Positions 44,501-56,026 of a stretch of DNA of 64,000 nucleotides are shown piece by piece. Every line of letters begins with the position of its first letter. Positions within the stretch are counted from its first letter, which is position 1. Under the pieces are notes generated by a model. The model searched no databases, was not told the DNA's origin, and was given only the letters and a program-made list of their open reading frames with translations. The translations under genes were made by a program, and so were the position numbers. The stretch is from the human T2T-CHM13v2.0 reference genome, Homo sapiens. The stretch is from assembly GCF_009914755.1 (NCBI RefSeq), contig NC_060947.1, one strand, 5' to 3'.

Positions 44501-45809
44501 CAAAATTTTAAAAAGGGTTATTTTGTCAGACCATTTGAAATGATTCCATTAATGAAAAATTCCTAATATGAGGGCCCAGCTCATGGGCCTGGATCCAGGG
44601 CAGTTGGAGGCTTCAGCCATCAGATGATAACTAGACAAGAGCTCCGCACCCCCAACAATAACCCAGGTCAGAAAGCTGCAAATCCAGACACCCAAAATCC
44701 CTTCAGAGAATTTCAGTGAGAACAATGGATGATTAAGACAATAAGCAAAGTCTGTTTAACTTTCTTTCTCCTGAACAACCCTACAGCTCTCAAGCACATT
44801 GTGGACAGCAGGTTTCTCAAGCAGTGAAATCCCCATGTACAAAAGCAGAGCTAATGATTCCCGTGGGGTCAAACAAGCCCAGAGGAACCGCATCCTTCAG
44901 CAGCTGCCCACCCCTCCTGAGAAGGAAAGAGCTGATATGGGAGCAGAGGCCTGACTGGGGCTTTAGTGACTCCTAGCTCTGGCTTTACAACATACACTCT
45001 TGTCTGACACTATCATTTATACAAATAAGGCACACAAACTCCAAGTCTGACTCTTTTCCTCCTCTTGCCTAAAGATTCTTTAAGACTAAGGATCATGAGT
45101 GTTATCTTTATCAGCCAGGTTATGAACTCTGAAGAATGGTTTCTTAATGGAAATACTAACCACTGTTAATTAGCAAAACAAATTTCAAGATGAAAAGTCT
45201 GTTGATTCTAAATATTCATTATTTCATTCTTTTATTCAAATTATAAACATTTATTGAAGACCTATTATGAGTCAGATACTGGACTGGTGAAAGAAAATGG
45301 TGCAGAATGCTCTGACCTGATGAAACAGTTTAGATGAACATAGATCAATAAATAGAAACGAGAATGACGTTAATAGAATTTCATTAAGCGGAGAACATAC
45401 TTGATTTAACCTTGCACTCCCTCTAGTGGTTTTTTTTTTTGTTAAAATGTGAAGCTTATATAACAGCCCACAGTCTAGTAATGTTCAATATGCTGGAATC
45501 TCTGACATCCTGACTGCTTGACTTTGTGAGCACTGTAATCTCTGACTGCCACGTGGAACCTCTCACCTTCTCTCTCTCCCGGTCCTGATAATTTGATATC
45601 TGTCAAGATATTACCACTGATTCATTCAACAAATATTTATTGAGAATCTATCTTGAGAAGGCATTAACTAATCATTCCAATTTAATAACTTTATTTCCCA
45701 AACATTTTAACATTCAGTAAGTCAACTGGTAACACTATGATGGACAGTCTCTTAAAGGGTTGGGAATTAACATTTCCTATTCATCTCTGTCCTGCCCATC
45801 TACTGCAAC

Positions 45810-46780
45810 TTTCACGCTTGTCCATTCCCCAACAATACGAGCTGGGGCCTTGTATGAGGGCTTACTATGTGCCAGGTAGAGTTCTAGGCAGTGAAGCTAT
45901 AGTAAGGAACAAAACAGACAAAACTTCCCTTCCCCATGAAGCTTATGCTCTAGTGGTGGCGGGAGGGTGAAACAAAATAGATATAATTAACAAGTAGATT
46001 AGGTAATTTTTCCAATTATCAATGGTATGGAGAACAGTAAAACAGGAAAAGGATGACAGGAGGCTTTTTTTTTTTTTTCTCGTGCGCAAATTTTTTAAAA
46101 ATGTGGTTAGGGAAGGCCTCAGTGAGAAAGTGTTATTTGAGCAAAGACTTGAAGGAAGTGAAGGGACATCCTTGGGGGAAAAGCATTCCAGGCAGTGGGA
46201 ATAGCAAGGGCAAAGCCCTAGAGGTGGGAACATGCCTGGTATGTCCAAGGGGCACAATGAATCCAGTGCCTGAAGAACAGTGAGGGAAAGCAGAGAATAG
46301 CAGTTTTACCAGGGAGAGGAGAAAAGGGGATATTGTGCAGGGCCTTGTAGGCCATGGTAGGGACTTCGGCTTTTACTCTGAGTGGAACAGGGAGCCAGTG
46401 CAGTGTTTTGAGCAGGGGAGTGACAGGATCTAATTTGTTTTAAAAGGGTAATTTTAATGTTGTGTGGAGAACAGACCAAAGGGGGCAAGGCTAGAAGCAG
46501 GAACGCTAGCTGGGAGGCTGTTGCAATAATCAGTGAGAGAGGTGATCATGGTTTGTACTAGAGTTATAGTGCTAGAGGTAGTGAGAGGTGGTCAGATTCT
46601 GGATGTATTTTGAAGACAGAGTTGACAGGGTTTTTTTACAGATTGAATTTGAGGTGTGAACGAAAGGAGTCAAGGGCAATTCTGATATGTTTGACTTAAA
46701 CAACTAGAAGAATAAGATTGCCATATGGGAGGGAAAGATTGCAAGTTCAGCTTTGGACATATTAAGTTTAGGATGTCAAT
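45810..46780 (-). mobile_element. L2
   Basis: Classic reverse L2 (ggaaggcctcagtgagaaagtg...cattccaggcagtgggaatagcaagggcaaagccct). Confidence 0.88.
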
Positions 46781-47754
46781 CAGACACCCACCAACCAATC
46801 TACTCTCTACCACCTTCTCCTGCCTATACATTTTACCCACTCAGATTTCTCTCTGTCACAAATCCTTTGATACTTCTATGTACTTTTTGGTATGTTATTT
46901 CCAGTCTTAGTTATAATATTTCCATCTACTTAACAAGAAACTGGGTATTTTTGACATATCCCTTCTCTTCACCCCCAACAGCCAATTGATCACCATGTCC
47001 ATTCTGTCAATTATACTTCCCAAATTACTCTCAAGTGCTATCCTTTCTTTTCACATCTGCTGTCATTAATTTTGTTCATACTTTCCCAATCTCTACTTTG
47101 GTCACTGAGCATAACAGTCTGATCTTTTTCCTTTATCAGTGAGAATGGGTAGAGTGATCCAGCTGATCTGGGGTCAGGAAGTGAGGGTGGAGGCAAGTAA
47201 TTTACTCCCAGTCCTGGTACCTTGAACTGAAAGTGAATATACATCATTTTCACACTTTGAGGCTTAGCCTGGAGTTGGTGCTACTGTAATCACTCCATTA
47301 CCACCCAGCTCAGAATAACATTTAAGAGAGATTGCTGAGGTTGAGCTGAGAAAGCATACCTATAATCAGATTATATCAAGGTCCCTTTGAGTGGTCCACC
47401 CAACTACGTCTTGGTCAACAACTTTCCCAGAGAATGAGGCGGTGGACCAACCATGATGCTGCTGGAAATCTGGCACCTCTTTCATGACATAACTGGTCTC
47501 TTAGCCTTAGGTTTGCTGGGGCTAATTGCAGAGACAAGGTAGTCAAAGTACACCAAGGAGTACTGAAAAGACTGGATGAGTGATCATGCGGAGGAAGGGC
47601 GTGAAGTTCAAGGAGCTGCTGCTGTAGGAGGTCTATGGGCAGATGACTGAATTTCACTTCAAAGGTTTATAAAGAGTCCTTCAATTTTTGGCATGGGCAG
47701 ATGAGTCTGTGCCCAAATGAAATCTCACTGATGTCTCACACCTGAATGATTCAG

Positions 47755-48020
47755 TTAGTGTAATTCATATACAATTTAAGAGCAAACACTTTTTGGTGCT
47801 CAGTATGTGCCAGGCACTATTCTACGTGCTTTACACATATTAGTTCATATCATATCACACTGTTTTTTGAGGTAGGTAGTATTATCATCTCCCTTTTATA
47901 GTCAGGAACTTGAGGAAAAGAGGGTTTAAGTTGTTCAAGTTGACATAGAAAGTGATAGTGCTGGGATTCAAACCCAGGCAGTGTGACTTCAGAGTTCCTG
48001 CTTTTAACCCCTGTGCTATG
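47755..48020 (-). mobile_element. MIR inserted in the gypsy relic
   Basis: atgtgccaggcactattctacgtgctttaca...gctgggattcaaacccaggcagtgtgacttcagag. Confidence 0.88.
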
Positions 48021-48576
48021 TTGTATGCTGAAGGCTAACTGGCTATGTCCTTGTGTAGTCCATACTTGGTTTTGGTTGACCCAGGTATTGGCAGACTCTG
48101 GAGTGTTGATGGTTTCAGTAACTAGCCAGGGCAATAGTGGGCTAGAAACGATTGATGCCTTGAAGGGAAGAGGCCTGGATGGAGGGGTATAGTGAGTTAA
48201 GAAATGCATTCTGAGGAGTCTGGGGAGGAGAACCAATGTGTTATGTGTTAGAGTAGCAGTAGCATTCTCCGCCAGTACGTGGTTAATGCATATGGCTGTG
48301 GCTGGAGAGCAGGTGGCCGTGGGACTTGTGAAAGGGAAGACCTTTTAGATGAACAAGGCACCAGTAGCTGGTGTGAATTGGGCCAAGAGGGTAAGAGGGA
48401 TCAATCACTGATTTGAAGGTGTTCTAGATGTGAATCTACAATAGAGTTCATTGGGACAATGTCCCAATGTCCCGAGAGCCTGAAGGATACCTTGGTCTTT
48501 CTACTTCAACTGTAGAAATCATAAAGGCATACTACAGGTTAGGTCAGACAGGAGACAACTGAAAGACCACTTAGAT

Positions 48577-48735
48577 GAAGAGTTATCAAAATGTGCTGTG
48601 TATCAGAATCACCTGGGTAGGCATTGGTTAAAAATGAATATTCTTGGGCTCCACCCCTAAAGGGTCTGATTCCGGAATCATCATTTTAGGATTAAGATGC
48701 AGGTGGTCTGCAGACTACATTATGAAACACGCTCC
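48577..48735. mobile_element. MER5A-like hAT MITE inserted in the gypsy integrase
   Basis: atcagaatcacctggg...ttcttgggctccacccc...gatgcaggtggtctgcagactacatt. Confidence 0.75.
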
Positions 48736-50261
48736 ATCAGATTACAAGCATATTTGAATACCTGTGTGGGCTTCTTGGAGTGGTGCTAATGGGCACAAGT
48801 GACTGCAGATCCTATTAGAATGGGGCACATGGAACAGAAACTTCTGGGCTGCGCCATGATGAACCAGGATCTTTACGTTCTACACGTGCATCTGCCTGTT
48901 ACCTATGCTGTGACTGGGGTAAATGGCTGTGACATTCTCAAGCTGGAACCATTTCCACTTCCCCTTAAGATTCTGAATTCTGAAACAGGATGGGTGCGAG
49001 TATGCCCTGGCTGGTCCAGGCTGTAATGGTTTGAGCTCATGACCACAAGCTGCCTGTCTCTCTGAAAGGAAGTATGTCCTGTCTTAAAAGTGGCCTTGAT
49101 CGCTAAGAGCTCTCATTTGCACTTGGAGTAATTGACCTTGGTTAGGACCAACTTCTTGGAGAAGTGGGGACAGGGGCAGAGATCAAAGTACCCAGGTTCT
49201 CCTGCGACAGGACAATATCCCACTCCCCACACCTGGATGTTGAAGGCATTAGTCAACAGTATAGGCCAGGGCTGGGGTAGAAATAAGCAAGACTTTAAGC
49301 TACTGGAAGGTCATTTTTTTGTGTGACAGGGAACCAAATTCCTTTCTCTTAAGGAGATCGAATATTGGGGTAGTGAAAATGTACAGGTGGTAGATGGATT
49401 GCTGGTGGTATCAAGGGATTGCTGATGTTTTCAATCTTCCTAGGAGACTTCATTTCAAAAAGGCTTACATGTTACCCAGCACTATATAAACTCTGGCATA
49501 ACAGAATGTAGCCCAGAAACACGATTTTTACACTTTGGGGCTTGGCCTGAAGTTGGTACTACTGTAATCGCTCTAATACCATCCAGCCCAGAGATTCTGT
49601 CAAGTCACATTAAGCGAATTTCTCAAAATATTGCCCAAGAACTATGGAATTGATTTAGAAGGTTCCAGACTAATTTTGGATAGTGATTACACTAAGGATG
49701 GGATAATTATGACAAGGAAGAACTCCCTCCTTTTTATTTTCAGAAAGAGTCTCAAGGCTAATATGGAAGAGGTGGAGGAGGAATCAAGATGCTGTCCAAA
49801 GTTTTTGTTTTGTAGAAGGCCTTGATTTTAGACTCAGAGAGAATCTGCTCCTTTGGTAGTAAGGCAAGTCCTGGTTATCAGGGCTACCACATAGTCATCC
49901 TCATCAATTAGGGGCGGTCGCTCTGTCTCTTGGTAGATAGTATCTTTATTTGCCTTATAGGTATGAGTTGGATCCTAGCAGTGTGAGGGGTGGGTTGAAC
50001 AGGGAATTCTCTGTGTTGTTTTGGGTGGGGTAGAAGGTCATTGGAAATGCTGGTAGCAAAATTCTGACAAAGTGAAGGATGTGAGTCTTGAAGGCAGTAG
50101 AGAATAGTCTATTCTCAGCAAGGAATGGCATATGGACAAAGGGTAGTGGGTGACAAACAATATCAAGGCTGACCTCAGCTGCACAGGCAGTTAGACTTGC
50201 TGGACCAGGAACCTGTCTGAGAGGTTGCCTAAGAACTCCTGAGTATAACCTAGTCTGGATA

Positions 50262-50435
50262 TAATAAATGACTTTTATCAAATGCTTGCTATGAGCCAGG
50301 CTCTTGCTAAGCTCTTTAACTGCAATTATCACATTTAATCCTTATAACCCTATAAGGTACATACTATTGTTATCTCCATTTTATAAATGAGGACACTGAG
50401 GCACAGAGAGGTAGTAATTGATGGAGCTGGGATTC
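50262..50435 (-). mobile_element. MIR inserted between gypsy gag and protease
   Basis: tatctccattttataaatgaggacactgaggcacagagagg. Confidence 0.85.
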
Positions 50436-51719
50436 CCTGTGCCACACTTCACCTGTGACATACCATCTTCCCCATTTCTATAGGAATTTTAGGAACACCC
50501 CTCACCCACTAGAGGCTAGTGGTAGGGATGCCATAGGGACAAAGCATGTCCTAGCTCGTTCCTATGCTGGTGGCTGGCCAGGCAGTTTTCTGATGAAGGG
50601 GCTAGTGCCTTATGGGTTGGACATGTATTGACAGAGAATGATCTGGGCTACTATGGTAAAGGCCTGTTGGTTTTGTCTAGTGATGTGCCTGTTCTACAGG
50701 TGCCAGCACAGAACAGTTGTGAATAGCAAGTACAGAGACATGCCCCCCACAGGTAAGGAGGGGTTTCCCTTGGTGTTGAGGCAATGTTGCTGATACTGAA
50801 TCCAGATCTCCATTTTCATGCAGTTATTTATTTGTTTATAAAGGCTGGAGCTGGGGTGGTGTGGATAGAGGAGGAGGTTTGGCTACTTGGTTAACAAGTT
50901 ACACTGTGCACAGAGCCCTTTGGGGAACTGGAACTGTAGTGTAATTCACTACCATTTACTCTCTCTGAGGCAAAAAGGGTGAAGCTCTTGGTATACAGCT
51001 CTAGTAGCTTTGATTCTAACTGCTGGGTGGGTGGTAACTAAGAGCTGGAGGTCTAGTTCTACATTCTTCCTGTAGAGCTTGCCAAGACAAACAGCATAGA
51101 GCTTTATGGCTCTACCATTTACTGCCCCCAGGTGGAAGTCCCAGAAACCAATAGCATTCCATGGGAGAGTAATTTCTCCCTCTCTTAGCAGGGAAGCAGG
51201 ACAGAGGGGACCTAACTGGCATAGATCCTATGTTGCTGGACAGAAGGCTGAAATGTTATGGGACAAGAGGGTAAATTACAGAATTGTTGGGGGAAGAAGG
51301 ATGTGGTCATGTTAGAGATGTGGGTCTTAAATGGATTATCAGTAAGATGAAGGAAGATATTGGGAACTGAGATGCAGAACCAAACAGAATAAGACACTAG
51401 AAAAGGCTGGTGGAAGGGTGAAGACTAGCCAGTCAAAGTAACCAAGCAAGATGTGATCTAGACACATTCTGGAGGTTAGGAGTCACCGTGCTGGGTGAAA
51501 TGAATAATGTCATGGATAGGGTTAGTTCCATGTAAGGGAATTTACATGGAACAAGATGACTTCCTAAGACACTGATGACAGAAGGCAGAATCAAAGGATT
51601 CAAAGAGGTCTGTGAACAAGTGACACAAGGCAAGAGGACAACATAGAGAAGCAGAGGCCACTGGACAGGCACTTCATCAGTGTGCTAGCAGGCAACCCCC
51701 ACACTCCTTTACCACACTC

Positions 51720-53560
51720 ATTCTTGACTTCTTTCGCTCTGGCTTCACAAGAGATGCTTCTCTAAAAGACATTCACCTCACTCTCTCCTGCCACCTCTAA
51801 GACTTTGCTCCATCTCTTATCTTTTTCATATTTCCAATATTTCCCCTTCAGCTCCTAAATGTTCTTAATCTAAATGTTCCTAATCTCTTAAAACAATACC
51901 AACAAACCACCCCTCAACCCTTACTTTCCCTTGACCACACCCCTCCTCTTTTCTTTATCATTCAAACCTCTGGACAGACACAGTAGCTTTCCTTTCCTAT
52001 TTCGTTAGTTCCTACTCACTCCTCAATGGTTTGAGGTATACTTCCATCACTTTCTACAAAGTTCTCTGACCAAGGTCATTAATGACCATCTTAATTGTCA
52101 AATACGATTCACACTTCAGTACCTATCTAGATTACCTCTTTGTGGTACATTAAACTGTTGAGAACTCTTTTCTTCCTTAAGCTCTTCTGCCCCCTTGGGA
52201 TTCCATAACCCCTTTCTATTTTGATTATATGGCTAGACTTGATTGTTGCTTTTCAGCTGAATCAACTGGAGCCTCTTCTGCTTGCCCATTACAAGTTGGT
52301 GCCTCTTGGGGTTCTAGGCTCTACTTTCATTTTCTCCTTATTATCTACCTTTTCCCTAAGTAATCCCATCCATTTTCATGGTTTTCACCACCACTTGATA
52401 TACTGGCAACACATCTATCTCCAGTTCCAGCTTCTACTTCCATTTCCAAATCTGGATATCAAATTTCCCTATATATTACCTCTGATGCACACCACCACCT
52501 ATTCCTATTTATTGAGGTAGTGTAGTAAGTGTAGCACAGTGGTTAAGTAGCCAGCTTGAAGAATCAGATTGCCTGGGTTTGAACCCAACTTGGTCACTTA
52601 CTAAACTTCAGCAAGTCATTTAACCTCTCTGTACTTCCATGTATAAAACAGAGATAATAATTTGTACCTACTGCTTAGTGTTCCTCTGAGGATAGATGAG
52701 AAAAATGCACATAAGGTAGCGCCTACTATATAGCTCAACATAGGTTAGCTATTGTTATTCCCATTTTGCTTGGGACTCCACTTAGGCAAGCCAGAAACCT
52801 GAGTTATCTTCCTCATCTTTCATCTCCTCCCACATCTAGTTAATCATCAATACTTGCTTTTATCTCTTAAAGCTGTCTCAAATCAGCCTTCACCATTCCC
52901 CGTCCCCTAATCTCATTGCTTTGCCTAAGTTCAGGTCTTCATTTTTCAGTGGGACTGTGATACCTTAAGCGGTCTCCCTACGTTCAGCCTATGCCTCTTG
53001 CAATCCATCTGCTATAACTGCAATCAGAGTTATTTTCCTACAAACATCTAACCGTGTTACTTCCTAACACAATTTTTCAGTGGCTCCCCATTTCCTATAG
53101 CAGAGTTTCTTAAAATTCATATAACAGAATTATTCCTAGAGTTTGAAAGTGCAGGTTCCTATGTACTACCCCAAACCTACCAAATCAAGATGTCTGAGAG
53201 AGACCCAGAAATCTACATTTTAAAATTCGGTGATTCCAATATACATGAAGTGCTTCATGACCCATTTCCTGTGTTTCTACCTCTTCTTCTGCCATTATCT
53301 ACTTTATACCTTAACCCTCCAGCAATATTGAGCTATGTGTAGTTTCTCAAATCTGCCAAACTATATTACATTGCTCTGCTTTTTATTTTACATTATTTTA
53401 TTTCTGCCTTTTTATTTTATATTGCCCTACTTTTAAAAATGTTGTTCTGGCCTTCTGGAATACCCCTACCCTGCCACCTCCTTGTCTCACTGGCACATCC
53501 CTTTTCATCCTTTGAAGACATCTTCATCATCACCTCCTTACTGATAAATCTTACGTCATC
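51720..53560 (+). mobile_element. L2 (ORF2/3' region) interrupted by MIR (~52516-52755) and MER5-like MITE (~53101-53250)
   Basis: L2 RT-like gttctctgaccaaggtcattaatgacc and CT-rich L2 body. Confidence 0.72.
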
Positions 53561-53568
53561 TCTATAGC

Positions 53569-54035
53569 ACTGTTTCTCAACCATTTCTCTTCTCTCTCTC
53601 TCTCTCTCTCTCTGAGACCAGATCTTGCTCTGTCACCCAGGCTGGAGTGCAGTGGTGCAACCTCAAACTCCTGGGCTCAAGTGATCCTCCCACCTCAGCC
53701 TCCTGAGTAGCTAGGACTACAGGCATGCACCACCATGCCCAGCTAATTTTCTAATTCTTTGTAGAGATGGAGTCTCACTATGTTGCCCAGGCTGTCAAAC
53801 ATTTTTTCATTATCATGTCCCACCTCTACTGAAAGAGCCTTTTTAGATACCTTTTCCTAATTGACCCCCCCATAACATTTTAATACTGCAGATATACTGT
53901 ACATCTGTTTATGTACTGTGGTACATTGGAGGACTGTAAACCATCATAAAATATAAGTTTTTTTCACCTCCTTCTACCAAGAATAAATTTTTGTTCCCTT
54001 GGGGCCAATATCACTTCTGTTGCAGATGCATGCGC
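53569..54035. mobile_element. hAT MITE (MER96B-like) carrying a partial AluJ (53585-53795, minus, (CT)n tail)
   Basis: cactgtttctcaacc...ttttcattatc...gagcctttttagatacc; Alu inside. Confidence 0.65.
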
Positions 54036-54344
54036 TACAGTATCAGACATTGCTATTCAAACTGGTCTTCCTGAGGTTCACCCTTGGTTTCTATGATGTC
54101 TTTTCTGATTCTCTTTCTTTTTGACCATTCCTTTTCAGGATTCCTTTGGAGGCTTTTCTTTTTCCACCCCGTTTTAAACACTGGAGTCCCATAAGTCTCA
54201 GTATTTGTTTGTTCCCTCCCCGCCTTATTATTCTATATATGCTTCCAAGGTGATTTTATTGATTTCCTTAGTTTTAATACAATCTATAATGCTGTTGACT
54301 TTCAAATCTCTATCTTCAGTGAAGGTGATTCTCCTGAGCTCCAG

Positions 54345-54510
54345 TCTCTTGCTGTTTCAAGTATGTTCCACAGACTGGCAGCATATATTACCTGGGAGCT
54401 TGTTAGAAATGCAGATTCCTAGGTTCCATCTCAGACCTACTGAATTAGAATCCGCATTTAAACAAGAATCCCAGAGGTTTCATATACACATCAAATGTAG
54501 AGAAGTCCTG
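54345..54510. mobile_element. MER5A-like MITE
   Basis: acctgggagcttgttagaaatgcagattcc...cagacctactgaattagaatc. Confidence 0.8.
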
Positions 54511-55419
54511 GTCTGGGCCCTATTATCAGCTCTCTAATAGACATCTTCAATTAGATGTTCCATAAGCACATGAATCTTCACCCCATAGGCTTCTTAGTTA
54601 ATGGCAACATAATTTAATCATCTATACAAGAAATCTAGACCACCCCTTCCTTATCATTTATATCTAATTGGTCTTCTTTACTATCTATTGTATCTACTAA
54701 ATGGCTCTTGAATTTATTCTCTCCTCTATGCTCATCACCGCTGCTTTCATCTCTTCTTGGAAATATTATCAAAATAATGTCCTCACAGATTTCTCTATGG
54801 ACAGTCACTGTCCCTCTGGTTTAACGGCCAACTATTGCTAGAGTCATATTCCTAAAATGCATGTCTGACAACGTTACTTCTTCCTGGCTAAAAATTCTTT
54901 CAGTGACTTCTCACTGTCTAAAGCTGAAGTTCTTAATCTAGGACCCATACATGGGCTTCAGGAAATCCTTATACTTTCTGAAACTACAAGGAGAAATTTG
55001 TGTATGTAGATTTTCTAGGGGATGTATATGCATTCTTTAGGTCAGTGGTTCTAAACCTTTTTTGGTCGTGGAAAATTCAGTGGGGTCCACAACCAAAGAA
55101 GGTTAAGAACCACTGACTTAAAGGATCAAGTCCAAGCTGTTTAGCTTGGCATTCAAGGACTCTTTATACCTCTCCAAACTTATCTCTGGCCATTTATCTA
55201 TAGGAACCTATGGTTCCAGCTTTAATGACAAACTTGGAAGTCCCCCCCACCCCACCAACTTTCACACCTCTAAGCATCTGCACATGCTGTTCCTGGAATA
55301 ATCCTGAGGTTACACACATAACTAGTAAGTGGTGGAGCCTGAATTTACATCCAGGTCTTACTTTAATGTTCACAGTCATTCTACTCTACAGTGGCTTGAC
55401 ATTTCACACTGTGACCTAG

Positions 55420-55475
55420 TACATACAAACACACACACAAACACATACATACATGCACACACACACACACACACC
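55420..55475 (+). repeat. Imperfect (CA)n
   Basis: Directly visible. Confidence 0.9.
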
Positions 55476-55692
55476 CCAGAACAAGTTTCACGAAACCCAC
55501 CTTGATATGAAAGAAAGCTCATTGTAGCCCACTAAATTGATATAATGTCCATCAACAAGTTGCAGTCCCTGGTTTGAAAAACACTGCACTAGACCTTTGC
55601 TGAAATAGGCAGATCTTATTACTGAGAATTTATTATCTTAGCCCCAGCAGTACCCAGGCTTTGAGGTTTTCTAAGGATACAAAAGCTGTCGT

Positions 55693-55986
55693 AACCCTAC
55701 CCCTTCCACTATTACTCTAAAATTCTGGTCCCCCTTTTAAATAAATTCACTAATGGCCTTTTGTGCAGTACCAACTGCCCTCAAGTGTTTGCTAATGAAC
55801 TGACCACTTATAGCAGTCCCAGCTCAAAGAACCCACTCCTTTAAATACCAGAATCTAACCCCATCCATCTGTTCAGTCATTTTGTCTCTCATGGATCGTC
55901 AGGTATATCAGTTAGCAATTCAATGCAAATCTGTCAGAAAGTAAAATTACAAATCTTATAAAAAGATGTTGGAAATCTTGAAGTCA

Positions 55987-56026
<40 letters not shown>

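Larger units (their letters stand above)
47230..51250 (-). mobile_element. Highly degraded Ty3/Gypsy (Sushi-like) LTR-retrotransposon internal region: gag-PR-RT-RNaseH-IN plus displaced second RT segment
   Basis: Manual minus-strand translation in order: gag LLELYTKSFTLFASE/SKW**ITLQFQFPKGL (~51005-50913); PR RLYSGVL/GNLSDRFLVQQV*LPVQL (50260-50170); RT KKEGVLPCHNYPILSVITIQN (49735-49673), LLNQFHSSWAIF*EIRL (49661-49611), WMVLERLQ*YQLQAKPQSVKIVFLGYIL (49585-49502); TFQ*LKVLLISTPALAY (49311-49261); RH LCPCPHFSKKLVLTKVNYSKCK*ELLAIKATF (from 49181); IN FHVPHSNR...AHTGIQ (48843-48745), GILQAL/HWDIVPMNSIVD (48491-48434), CLVHLKGLPFHKSHGHLL (48360-48307). Confidence 0.85.

Noticed and set aside
47246-49592. 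The 69-bp direct repeats as LTRs of a 2.3-kb element
   Set aside because: They translate as RT coding sequence and have no TG...CA ends, PBS, PPT or TSD.
47415-50332. ORFs 47415-47657, 47850-48236 and 49955-50332 as intact domesticated retrotransposon genes
   Set aside because: They only partly follow the ancestral frames, two run into or out of MIRs, and catalytic residues are lost (protease DSG reads YSG; integrase MDF reads MNS).
47120-51700. Non-retroviral endogenous viral element or ERV env
   Set aside because: The motifs and their order fit gypsy gag-pol; no bornavirus-like or env signature was recognised.
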